Source: Clostridia bacterium
GTDB lineage: Bacteria; Bacillota; Clostridia; Oscillospirales; CAG-272
Length of the DNA: 64,000 bases
NCBI GenBank assembly: GCA_017631325.1
Contig: JAGBTM010000053.1
Coordinates: 7,729-71,728, forward strand
Direction: 5' to 3'
Part shown: positions 31,154 through 39,772 of the stretch, piece by piece
How positions within the stretch are numbered: position 1 is the stretch's first letter
Layout: every line of letters starts with the position of its first letter
Made by a program: the position numbers and the translations under genes
Notes under the pieces: model-generated
What the model was told of the DNA's origin: nothing
Databases searched by the model: none
Seen by the model: only the letters and a program-made list of their open reading frames with translations

Positions 31154-32893
31154 TTACGGATTAATGCTCTCCAACTGCTTTGAGGGATTGTTGTAAACGA
31201 AATTTACACCATCGTGTTCAGTGCCGCCGTACACACCCTGACCGCCTCCGAAGAGCTGGTCAAATACGATAAGCTCGTTATGAGCCTCACCCTCGTTGTG
31301 TACGTGGTTATCGTCTACCACCTTATTTCCCTCGGCATCGGTTGCTACACCGTATCTGGGATTAGAGTATGCAGAGTTTGAAACGCCTGCCTGTACTCTT
31401 ACGTAGGGCCAGGACGTTCCGGCAAACTCACAGTAGGTATAATCAGCCCACTCGCCGTAGATAACCGTAACGTTCTCGCAGGTGAGCTGAGGAGCATACG
31501 CTATCGTGCCGCCGCTTTCGCTCGTGGTCGTTTTACCCGTGTTTCCGATAAGCATACCGCAACGACGGTAAGCGTACCACTGATAAGAGGAGGTTACGTC
31601 ATTGTAAGCATCAATTCTGCAAGCAACCGTCGTGTCCTTGATAAGAATTTCAGCACTTCCGCCGCATCCGCCGATAACACCGCCGATAGAGTTGTCGAAA
31701 TCGCCCCACTGAGCAGCCACCGAAACGCTCGAATCAACGTTACAGTTGATAAACGTCTGCTTGCCGCTTGCCCAACCGACAATACCGCCGGAATAGTACT
31801 GATAGTCAGCGCATCTTGCATTTTTAACAGTGATGTTCTCAAACGTACATTCACCGTCGGATACACCTGCAATCACACCGCAAATAGCACTCTCGCCCGA
31901 TATATCCGCACCGTCAACTGTAAGATTCTTGATATGAGCATCCTGAACAGCTCCAAACAGACCGAGTCCGCAGTCGCTGTAGTAATATCCGTTATCAAGC
32001 GCCCAGGTGTTCTGATTGAGGTTCTTTACGGTTTTTCCGTTTCCGTCAAAGGTGCCCTTGAACGCCTTATCGTGTCTGTACGAGCCAATAGGGTCAAAGC
32101 AAAGAAGCTCTCCGTTTTCGTCGTATGCCTTAAGGTCCAGGTCGGATTCGAGCGTAATGTTCTTTCCCTCAAAGGTTTCACCGGCGTCAACAAGCTCCAT
32201 AAGGCCCGCGAACTCTTCCTCCGTAACGAGCGAGAATTCGCTTGCGTTTTCGTCGTACCAAGAGGTGTCAGCCGTGCCGTCCCAGAAAATAATCTCTTCG
32301 CCAAGAGAGCCGTCAGCATTACCCTGAATTGCTTCAACGGTCATAGCGATTTTGGCAGTGAGGCCCTGATACTCGTTGCCGGCATCCTCGGGAAGCTCTA
32401 TGCTGACGTTGACAGCCTCCATATCAGCTCCGTCCTCGAGGGTTGCCCACGCAGATCTGTAGCTATGTATAGAGGTGTACTCTTCTCCGTTAATTGTAAT
32501 AACGAGCCCCTGCATAAGCTCCGTGCCCTCAACGCAAGCAATTTTATAACGGTAAAGAACGTTAACGTTGCTTTCATTGGTACCAACCAACTGAAGTGAA
32601 ACCTTGTCACCGGGCAAAATTCTGTCAACGGAAAGAGTTGCACTCTCTGCATCGAACGATGCGCTTCCGCCCTGCGTAAAGGTTCCGTCCTCGCGTCCCT
32701 CAAATCCTTCTTCATCATCAAGGGATGTCGTCTTCATATTTGCTACCGAAGCTGTCATCTTTACAGTACCCGAGCTTACCGCAATATTTACGGTGTCCTC
32801 GCTTGTAAAGAGTGCAAAGGTAGCTCCGCTTATCATACTTACACACATAACAATGGTCAGCACTGCGGAAATAATTGCGTTTCTCTTTTTCAT
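31154..32893 (-). CDS. SipW-dependent TasA/CalY-like protein with C-terminal beta-helix/GLUG-like passenger
   Basis: Signal GATFA-LFTS; LPGD, LPEDAGNEYQG, GTFDGNGKTV and GGIVG repeats. Start moved to ATG 32893 after AGGAG. Confidence 0.75.
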   Translation of the reverse strand: MKKRNAIISAVLTIVMCVSMISGATFALFTSEDTVNIAVSSGTVKMTASVANMKTTSLDDEEGFEGREDGTFTQGGSASFDAESATLSVDRILPGDKVSLQLVGTNESNVNVLYRYKIACVEGTELMQGLVITINGEEYTSIHSYRSAWATLEDGADMEAVNVSIELPEDAGNEYQGLTAKIAMTVEAIQGNADGSLGEEIIFWDGTADTSWYDENASEFSLVTEEEFAGLMELVDAGETFEGKNITLESDLDLKAYDENGELLCFDPIGSYRHDKAFKGTFDGNGKTVKNLNQNTWALDNGYYYSDCGLGLFGAVQDAHIKNLTVDGADISGESAICGVIAGVSDGECTFENITVKNARCADYQYYSGGIVGWASGKQTFINCNVDSSVSVAAQWGDFDNSIGGVIGGCGGSAEILIKDTTVACRIDAYNDVTSSYQWYAYRRCGMLIGNTGKTTTSESGGTIAYAPQLTCENVTVIYGEWADYTYCEFAGTSWPYVRVQAGVSNSAYSNPRYGVATDAEGNKVVDDNHVHNEGEAHNELIVFDQLFGGGQGVYGGTEHDGVNFVYNNPSKQLESINP

Positions 32894-32976
32894 TTTTTCT
32901 CCTAGATAAATTAACAAAGGGGTGAAATTTTGTGTATGGAACCACAAAATACAAACTTTTGTTTGCAAAACCAGCC

Positions 32977-33624
32977 TTATTCAACACTAGCAGTCTTCTG
33001 AACAGCCTCTATGATAAGGTCAAAATAAACTTCCTGATTTTGCGCCTTATCGTTCGTTCCGTTTGTCGTGTCGTTCACAAAAGAAACCGAAACTGCGAAC
33101 TCTCTTTCGCTAGAAAGATTGTTCATCTCGCCCGTATAAAGCACGAGCCCCTCTTCCTTAATCTCCGAGAGAGTTTTCGATGCTACCGTTTCGCCACCCT
33201 CCGTTGCGCTAAATATCAGCTGCTCCGCAAGCGCGTTGCTCTCGCCGTTTTCATCGCCGTGTACTACTACCTTCACCGTGTAATTAAAAGCAACGTTTCC
33301 GTTGTTTCCAAGCGAAAGATACGCAGTATAGCTTGTGCCGGGAACCACTACCTCGTCACCTTCAATGCCAAATATGTTAGCCTCGGGCGAATTGGTAAAT
33401 GACATATCTTCATCATCCGTAACGGTAACGAGCTCGCCCGTCGTCTTGTCGAGAACCACCCTTTCAAGCTTGGTTCTTTCAAGAGTTACGTCGAGAGTTC
33501 CTGCAACGAGATGATGTGCAACCACGGCTCCGTCGGTGAAAATTGCGTAAGTGCTTGCAGTGATAATACCAAAGCACAGAAGCAGAGTCGCGCACGCGAT
33601 TATCAACGATTTGATTTTTCCCAT
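32977..33624 (-). CDS. SipW-dependent TasA/CalY (camelysin)-like protein, probable major fibre subunit
   Basis: Signal ASTYA-IFTD, AGTLDV, VVPG and NNGN; 215 aa single domain; AGGAGG RBS. Confidence 0.75.
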   Translation of the reverse strand: MGKIKSLIIACATLLLCFGIITASTYAIFTDGAVVAHHLVAGTLDVTLERTKLERVVLDKTTGELVTVTDDEDMSFTNSPEANIFGIEGDEVVVPGTSYTAYLSLGNNGNVAFNYTVKVVVHGDENGESNALAEQLIFSATEGGETVASKTLSEIKEEGLVLYTGEMNNLSSEREFAVSVSFVNDTTNGTNDKAQNQEVYFDLIIEAVQKTASVE

Positions 33625-33742
33625 TTTTCTTCCTCCTTTCTAAGCGATACGTTTTCTTTGCCAATATTCGCATCGGTTATGCCGAAAAGCAAATAAAGCA
33701 AATATTTGTATATATAAAGCTCTGCTAAGCAAAGCGATATAA

Positions 33743-34573
33743 CTATAAATCGGTCTCAAGAGATTTTTGAACCGAAGAGGCATCTGCTTCTATATCAGTG
33801 TCAGAACAAGGAAGCTCGGATGCGGGCGAGGGGACGTCGGCACTCAACTCCTTTGCGCGCTGAAGCTCAAGTATCATTTTCTCAAGCTCCTCTATCTTTG
33901 CATTCTGGCGATTCTTTTCTTCCTTGAAACGCTTTTTCTTATCCGCGCCGAGAACGTTCACGATGCGAATTATCTCAATTATCATAATAATCAGACAGGG
34001 CAAAATTATCAAAAGCACCATTCCGAGCGGTTGCCTTACTCCCCACGTCGCAACTCCCAGAACGTAACTCTGACCCACCACCTTACCAACTATGTAGTTC
34101 AATCCTACCGTGTCGGCAGTGTCGATTTTCTGCTTCAGGGTTTTTGAGTCCGACGCCTTATTGTCACCCTCAAGGCTTATAATGTATCCGCCGCCCTTGC
34201 TCTCTTCTATATCTACTATTCGGTGAGTTATAGTTTCCTGCCTCTGATACACGTACTTAAAGGTAAGCACGTCGCCTACCTTGAGTGATGCATACCACTC
34301 GTCAGCAGCGGCTGAATCCTTTGGCACCTCTTCGATAAACACCATAGATTTCAGAGGGATATCCTTAATTTCAAACCCCGATACGTCGGTATCCGGACAC
34401 TTTTCCATAGATTCCGAAATTACAACGCGCATCTGATAGCCAAATACGCTAACAGCTCCGTCACCCTCACCTCGCGAAGAAAGCGTAGCCACCAGAGCAA
34501 AAACACACAGCACAAGAAATAAGTAGGTTAAAGCGGTCGAGACGATTTTGAAAATTCGTTTAACTTTACTCAT
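33743..34573 (-). CDS. sipW: Signal peptidase I, SipW (ER-type, Ser-His) family
   Basis: VISESME (Ser), GDVLTF, ITHRIV (His), EGDN; N- and C-terminal TMs; neighbours carry SipW-type signals. Confidence 0.85.
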   Translation of the reverse strand: MSKVKRIFKIVSTALTYLFLVLCVFALVATLSSRGEGDGAVSVFGYQMRVVISESMEKCPDTDVSGFEIKDIPLKSMVFIEEVPKDSAAADEWYASLKVGDVLTFKYVYQRQETITHRIVDIEESKGGGYIISLEGDNKASDSKTLKQKIDTADTVGLNYIVGKVVGQSYVLGVATWGVRQPLGMVLLIILPCLIIMIIEIIRIVNVLGADKKKRFKEEKNRQNAKIEELEKMILELQRAKELSADVPSPASELPCSDTDIEADASSVQKSLETDL

Positions 34574-35078
34574 ATATAGAGCTTATACCTTTCTGATTTA
34601 ATGAAAGCAGCATATCAAATTTTGTCGAGCTCCCCATGGCCTCGTTGCCTACCGTTTCGGGCATAAAATAAGTAACCTTGAATTCCGCCTCGCATCCCTC
34701 TTCAAGATTGGTTTCATAAGTAATCGGCTCGGAATATTTTAAAAGAGTTTTTAATTTGCCACTCGCTATTTTCTTTTCGCCCAGCCTGACGGTAACCTCA
34801 ACAAACTCCTCAAGTCCGCCATCAAGCCTTTGGTCAAGCTCGAGGGCAATTACGTAATCCGCACTTTCGCGGCACTCTATTTTAAATGAGTATTCCCTCA
34901 TCTCACCCGGAGCAAGCCAAAGCTCGTTTACTTCAATTTTCCGAAGCTCTCCCTCGTTTATCTCTATCACACTCTCGGGCGCGCTGGCGGTTACGTCGTA
35001 ATATATCTCTCTACCAACCGCAAAAATTGAGGTTGCAACAATTCCTATACCGCAAATCGCGCTGACGATAGGAACCAA
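34566..35078 (-). CDS. Small TasA-like domain protein with N-terminal hydrophobic segment (first gene of the operon)
   Basis: LAPGE and MPETVGNEAMG match motifs in the other three substrates; overlaps the sipW start. Start codon uncertain (TTG 35078 or ATT ~35096-35099). Confidence 0.6.
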   Translation of the reverse strand: MVPIVSAICGIGIVATSIFAVGREIYYDVTASAPESVIEINEGELRKIEVNELWLAPGEMREYSFKIECRESADYVIALELDQRLDGGLEEFVEVTVRLGEKKIASGKLKTLLKYSEPITYETNLEEGCEAEFKVTYFMPETVGNEAMGSSTKFDMLLSLNQKGISSIYE

Positions 35079-35142
35079 AGCATCTCCGATTTTAATAATA
35101 ATCCCCCCTTTACAATAACTTACTTGTGTTAATTAAAATATC

Positions 35143-35162
35143 ATATAATAATATGTTATATG
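35143..35162 (+). repeat. Left inverted repeat (IRL) of putative invertible element
   Basis: ATATAATAATATGTTATATG, the exact reverse complement of 35354-35373; internal dyad TCATATAA-TAATATG-TTATATGA. Confidence 0.85.
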
Positions 35163-35268
35163 ACAATTTTTTACAAATAACAGACAAAATATTGGTAAAA
35201 GTGTGAAAAAAGACAAACATCTTTTAAAATACCAATGTTAACAAATTGTTAATTAAACGGTTAAACTA

Positions 35269-35297
35269 TTGATTTTAACTGACGTTTGTGATATATT
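35269..35297 (+). promoter_or_regulatory. sigma-A-type promoter inside the invertible segment
   Basis: TTGATT-17 bp-TATATT with extended -10 TG (35289-35290); same -35 as the predicted ptsH and rimM promoters. Confidence 0.7.
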
Positions 35298-35353
35298 ATC
35301 AACAAAACTTAAACATTTAAGAAAATATATGTAAAGATTTCTATTTATTTTTG

Positions 35354-35373
35354 CATATAACATATTATTATAT
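35354..35373 (-). repeat. Right inverted repeat (IRR) of putative invertible element
   Basis: CATATAACATATTATTATAT. Confidence 0.85.
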
Positions 35374-35394
35374 TCTGCTTTTTGACGTGGTTTT

Positions 35395-35428
35395 GCAAGC
35401 TGTTTTTTCGGCTTGCTTTTTGTTTTTT
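35395..35428 (+). terminator. Intrinsic terminator just outside IRR
   Basis: GCAAGCTG-TTTTTT-CGGCTTGC followed by TTTTTGTTTTTT; the G-U pair and T-run fix it on the + strand. Confidence 0.7.
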
Positions 35429-35526
35429 GAGCGAATACGTAAGTTATTGGTCCTTGCGTTTAAATCGCGTAGTATATTAAAAAACAAAACTATACGGCAA
35501 AATCAGCTGCTCGCGTGGTCTTCGCC

Positions 35527-36468
35527 TCACTTAGCCGACATATACAGCTCCAACCGACACATCGCTTTTTTCTTGGTGTCAAGCAGGCTGTGACTGTATC
35601 TATTCAAGGTTAGCGTTGCGTCCTTGTGTCCCATCAGCTCACTAAGCGTTTTAATATCAACTCCAGCTTCCACAGCACGCGTAGCAAAGGTATGCCTCAA
35701 TGCGTGAAAATTTAGTGGATTTTTGACTATATTTATTTGCATTTTAGCAAAAAAGTGCTGATAATTTCTAATGTTTGGACTTTCGCCTTTTTCATTAATA
35801 ATTACAAATTCTCCCGTCGCTCGCGCCTTCTCTCTTGACAAAATATTGATAAGTGAAGGGGCTATCGGTATATCTCTTTTGGAGCTTTTTGATTTTGGAG
35901 TGTCATAGAGATTTCGCCACTGCCCATCGGTATCCTTTGCGCAATATTTGGTTCTTTGAATTCTAAAAAGCTTCGAGCGCAAATCAACGTCCCCCCACTT
36001 CAACGCAAGCAGCTCTCCTATTCTCAGTCCCGTATAGAGTGCTATCAGAATTCCGATATGCAAGGAATCTCCCTCTCTTAAGCACCGCCTCTCGAGCTCC
36101 GACTGCTCGCGCTTTGTAAAAACGCGCATTTCTCTCTCCTTGCCCGAAAACCGTTTGACAAGCGTGCAGGGGTTGCTTTTAACCAATCCAGCCTTCAAAG
36201 CATCTTCAAAGATGGATTTTATTATAGCTCTCATTAGATTTACGCTCGCGGCTGTCATTTTACAGCCGTTTTTCTTGTTTCCCGACTTGAGCTTTTGATA
36301 TAAGAAATCGTAAATAGTATCCGCCCCTATTTCTTCAATTTCCATTTGTTCAAAGTGCGGATTAATATGAATCTCGAGTACGCTCTTATAAATCAAATAG
36401 GTGTGGTGCTTTACCCTTGGCTGTTTATAAATTTCAAGCCACCGCTTCTGCCATTGTAGAAATTTCAT
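35527..36468 (-). CDS. Solitary tyrosine recombinase (phage-integrase family), candidate invertase
   Basis: Catalytic set TGLRIGE (R), PKSK (K), HALRH (H-x-x-R), MGH (H) and NRY (Y); 313 aa, no obvious arm-binding domain; no phage or ICE genes nearby. Confidence 0.9.
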   Translation of the reverse strand: MKFLQWQKRWLEIYKQPRVKHHTYLIYKSVLEIHINPHFEQMEIEEIGADTIYDFLYQKLKSGNKKNGCKMTAASVNLMRAIIKSIFEDALKAGLVKSNPCTLVKRFSGKEREMRVFTKREQSELERRCLREGDSLHIGILIALYTGLRIGELLALKWGDVDLRSKLFRIQRTKYCAKDTDGQWRNLYDTPKSKSSKRDIPIAPSLINILSREKARATGEFVIINEKGESPNIRNYQHFFAKMQINIVKNPLNFHALRHTFATRAVEAGVDIKTLSELMGHKDATLTLNRYSHSLLDTKKKAMCRLELYMSAK

Positions 36469-36660
36469 TTTATTCTCCTTTTCTTTGGTCCGTTTTTTCT
36501 TTGGTGCCCGATTATTATACTACTTTTCCACATTTTTTTGAATTTTTTCATAAATGTTAGTCTTTTTTTAAAAAATTTATACTTTTTATTAAATTCGCTA
36601 TATTTATTCACAAATTTAGTTTATAATTATTGGTGATACATAACAGAAAGAAGAAAAACT

Positions 36661-39387
36661 ATGCTGGAACTAAAAAATATCCAAAAGGATTACGTTACCG
36701 CCTCGGAAACGGTGCACGCCCTAAGAGGTCTTAACCTCACGTTCCGTGACAGAGAATTCGTCTCAATTCTCGGACCGTCAGGCTGTGGAAAAACCACACT
36801 GCTTAATATCGTCGGAGGCCTCGACCATTACACCTCGGGCGACCTGGTCATAAACGGCCGAAGCACCAAATCCTACGGCGACAGAGATTGGGACGTATAC
36901 CGTAACCACAGAGTAGGCTTTATTTTTCAGAGCTACAACCTCATTCCTCACCAGACGGTGCTCGGAAACGTTGAGCTCGCCCTCACCATTTCGGGTGTCG
37001 GTCGCGCGGAGCGTGTAGAACGCGCTAAGCGTGCGCTTGACAGAGTTGGCCTTGAGGGTCAGTATTATAAAAGACCTAATCAGCTCTCGGGTGGTCAGTG
37101 TCAGAGAGTAGCGATAGCCAGAGCGCTCGTAAACGACCCCGAGATACTTCTCGCCGACGAGCCGACGGGAGCGCTTGATACAAAAACCTCGGTGCAGATA
37201 ATGAACCTTATCCGTGAAATTGCGGGCGAGCGCCTCGTTATCATGGTTACGCACAACCCAGAGCTTGCACAGCGTTATTCCACTAGAATAATCAGCCTGC
37301 GCGACGGTAAGGTTGTCAGCGACACCAACCCCGTGTCGAGAAGCGAGCTGAGGCTTGCTACAAAGCTCACCGCTAAAGAGAAGCGCGAAAAGAAAAAAGC
37401 GCAGAAGAAAAAGGGACGCGAAAACGCAAAGATGTCCTTCTTCACAGCCTTCCGCCTTTCCGCAAAGAACCTTATCTCCAAAAAGGGACGAACCTCTATG
37501 GTCGGTATTGCAGGCTCTATCGGAATTATCGGTATCGCGCTCGTGCTTGCGTTCTCGTCCGGTATAAAGGGGTACGTCAAGTCGATGCAGGACGATATGC
37601 TCTCCGGCAACCCCGTGTCAATACGCGAGACCACGTACGACCTTGAGGCTATGACAAACATAATGTCAACAAGCGACAAGCTTGATATAATCAAGGAACC
37701 GGGCAGAGTTTATATCGACTCGCTCATCGAGTATATAGCGAAGACCAACAAGAACGTAGACTCTATGGTTATCAAGAACGAGATAACCAAGGATTACGTC
37801 GATTACGTCACGGCTATGCCGAGCGATTACTACTCCGCTATGCTTCTCGGCTACGGAATGGACCTCTCAAATAACATTTACACGAACTTTACCGACGGTG
37901 GCGGAGAGAAAACTATTTCAATATCGGCGCTCACCGAAATATACACCTCTATTCTCAAATCCACCGATTTCTCGCGTTATGCGAGCTTCATAAATCAGCT
38001 CGTTCCCTCGTTTGAGCAGGCGCCGAACAACCCCGACTACATCAAAGAGCAGTACGACGTTATAGGCGAGCTTGCGGACGAGTACGACGAGGTAATGCTC
38101 GTCCTGAACAGAAACGACGAGCTCTCCGACCTTCTTCTTGCAAGGCTCGGCTACTACACTCAGGACGAATTTCTTAACATAATCAGACGCGCCTCCGAGC
38201 AGGAAACAACGGGCGAATACAGAGAGTATTTCACCTACGAGGAGCTTTTGTCAAAGGTCTTCACGTTCTACCCCAACGACTCGGTATTTACAAAGAACGA
38301 GGGCAACGCCATGCGCCCGTTCAATTACGCAAACGTGGCCGACCCCGTCAGCATGGAGGGTGGAGTTGAGCTTAAGGTTGTCGGCATACTGTATGCAGAT
38401 GAGCAAACCACCTACGGTTGTCTCACCTCCGGTATTTACTACACCGAACAGCTTACGAATTACGTTCTCGACGCACACCGCGACTCCGAGATAGTTACCT
38501 ACGCCAAGTCCATGACCGACGGCGCTATCAGAAGCATGACCTTCAACGGCATGAAGATAGGTATCTATTACGATTATTCCTACGTTGACTACGACGGCCA
38601 GATAAAGAACGCTACGGCATTCGTCGGCAGCTCGCTTGCAAACATAAGCAGTCTTCTCGACTCCTTTGGCAGCATGGGCGGTCTCGGTGGCTCGGGCGGC
38701 TCCTCGGGCTCAGGTGGCGGAGGCTCACTCGACACCTCGGCGCTCACCTCAACCGTACTTCTCGACTCGAGAATGCTCGGTGGCGAGAGCGTACCTAACG
38801 AAATGTCCATATATCCTATCAGCTTCGACTCAAAGGATTTGGTTACAAACTATCTTAACGCCTGGAACGGTGACGGTAATATAACCGTCGGCGATAGAGT
38901 TATCAAGGCCGAGGACAGAGCCGACGTATCTTATACCGACACTCTTGAGCTGGTTATCAACCTCATAAACGGCATGATAGACGTCGTATCTGCAGCTCTT
39001 ATTGCATTTACCTCCATCTCGCTGGTCGTTTCCACTGTTATGATAGGTATAATCACCTACGTCTCGGTTGTCGAGAGAATAAAGGAAATAGGCGTTATCC
39101 GCTCACTCGGAGGACGCAAAAAGGACGTCAGCAGACTCTTCACGGCAGAAACCTTTATTATCGGTCTGCTTGCAGGCGCTATCGGTATTATCGCAACGTA
39201 CGGTATATCCTATATTGCCAGCGCCATCGTCTACAACCTTATCGGTATACCGAATATTGCAATGCTCGAGCCCGCACACGCAGCACTCCTTATACTCCTT
39301 AGCATAATACTCACACTCTTCTCGGGTGTTATGCCTGCAAGAAGCGCAGCAAAGAAGGACCCAGTCGTTGCACTTAGAACCGAATAA
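36661..39387 (+). CDS. MacB-like fused ABC ATPase/FtsX permease
   Basis: GPSGCGKT, LSGGQ, ADEPTG; C-terminal ERIKEIG and DPVVALR. Confidence 0.9.
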   Translation: MLELKNIQKDYVTASETVHALRGLNLTFRDREFVSILGPSGCGKTTLLNIVGGLDHYTSGDLVINGRSTKSYGDRDWDVYRNHRVGFIFQSYNLIPHQTVLGNVELALTISGVGRAERVERAKRALDRVGLEGQYYKRPNQLSGGQCQRVAIARALVNDPEILLADEPTGALDTKTSVQIMNLIREIAGERLVIMVTHNPELAQRYSTRIISLRDGKVVSDTNPVSRSELRLATKLTAKEKREKKKAQKKKGRENAKMSFFTAFRLSAKNLISKKGRTSMVGIAGSIGIIGIALVLAFSSGIKGYVKSMQDDMLSGNPVSIRETTYDLEAMTNIMSTSDKLDIIKEPGRVYIDSLIEYIAKTNKNVDSMVIKNEITKDYVDYVTAMPSDYYSAMLLGYGMDLSNNIYTNFTDGGGEKTISISALTEIYTSILKSTDFSRYASFINQLVPSFEQAPNNPDYIKEQYDVIGELADEYDEVMLVLNRNDELSDLLLARLGYYTQDEFLNIIRRASEQETTGEYREYFTYEELLSKVFTFYPNDSVFTKNEGNAMRPFNYANVADPVSMEGGVELKVVGILYADEQTTYGCLTSGIYYTEQLTNYVLDAHRDSEIVTYAKSMTDGAIRSMTFNGMKIGIYYDYSYVDYDGQIKNATAFVGSSLANISSLLDSFGSMGGLGGSGGSSGSGGGGSLDTSALTSTVLLDSRMLGGESVPNEMSIYPISFDSKDLVTNYLNAWNGDGNITVGDRVIKAEDRADVSYTDTLELVINLINGMIDVVSAALIAFTSISLVVSTVMIGIITYVSVVERIKEIGVIRSLGGRKKDVSRLFTAETFIIGLLAGAIGIIATYGISYIASAIVYNLIGIPNIAMLEPAHAALLILLSIILTLFSGVMPARSAAKKDPVVALRTE

Positions 39388-39469
39388 TTTAATATTCGAT
39401 TCACCCCAAAACGAGTAATTTTCACCGAATTGTTACCGTTTTTGCAAATTATTGTTTACAAAACCAAAT

Positions 39470-39520
39470 AAAACGGCACGGGCTTAGCCAAAAACTCTCC
39501 GTGCCGTTTTTTGTTTTTTG
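39470..39520 (+). terminator. Intrinsic terminator
   Basis: AAAACGGCACGG...CCGTGCCGTTTTTT. Confidence 0.75.
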
Positions 39521-39644
39521 TTCCTTTAGTTCACGTCTGACAGGCTTGAAATGCCTGGTCGGAAATTAGAAATACGTGTTTTCTTAACACATCTTCCAAT
39601 TTATTCTTTCGGCATCCTCGTCCCATCTGTGCATAACGCTACGA

Positions 39645-39750
39645 TTTTACATTATGTATTCCACATTCTGCATTATGTATTTTGCATTATGTATTTTGCA
39701 TTCTGCATTATGTATTTTGCATTCTGCATTCCTCATTCCTCATTTATCAT
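39645..39750. repeat. Heptamer tandem repeats (GCATTAT/GTATTTT/GCATTCT)
   Basis: Direct inspection. Confidence 0.8.
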
Positions 39751-39772
39751 TCTTAATTTATTTTATTTTCTC

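Larger units (their letters stand above)
35143..35373. promoter_or_regulatory. Putative invertible promoter switch (231 bp including IRs), OFF orientation for the sipW operon
   Basis: Perfect 20-bp IRs, internal promoter and adjacent tyrosine recombinase. Confidence 0.75.

Noticed and set aside
28793-32893. Diversity-generating retroelement or shufflon among the SipW substrates
   Set aside because: No reverse transcriptase; differences between the shared N-terminal copies are mostly synonymous and not adenine-specific; all genes are co-oriented and I saw no IR copies inside them.
35527-36468. Prophage/ICE integrase marking a mobile element
   Set aside because: No excisionase, phage, relaxase or conjugation genes, no tRNA target and no att-like direct repeats seen. 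The adjacent inverted repeats fit an invertase better.
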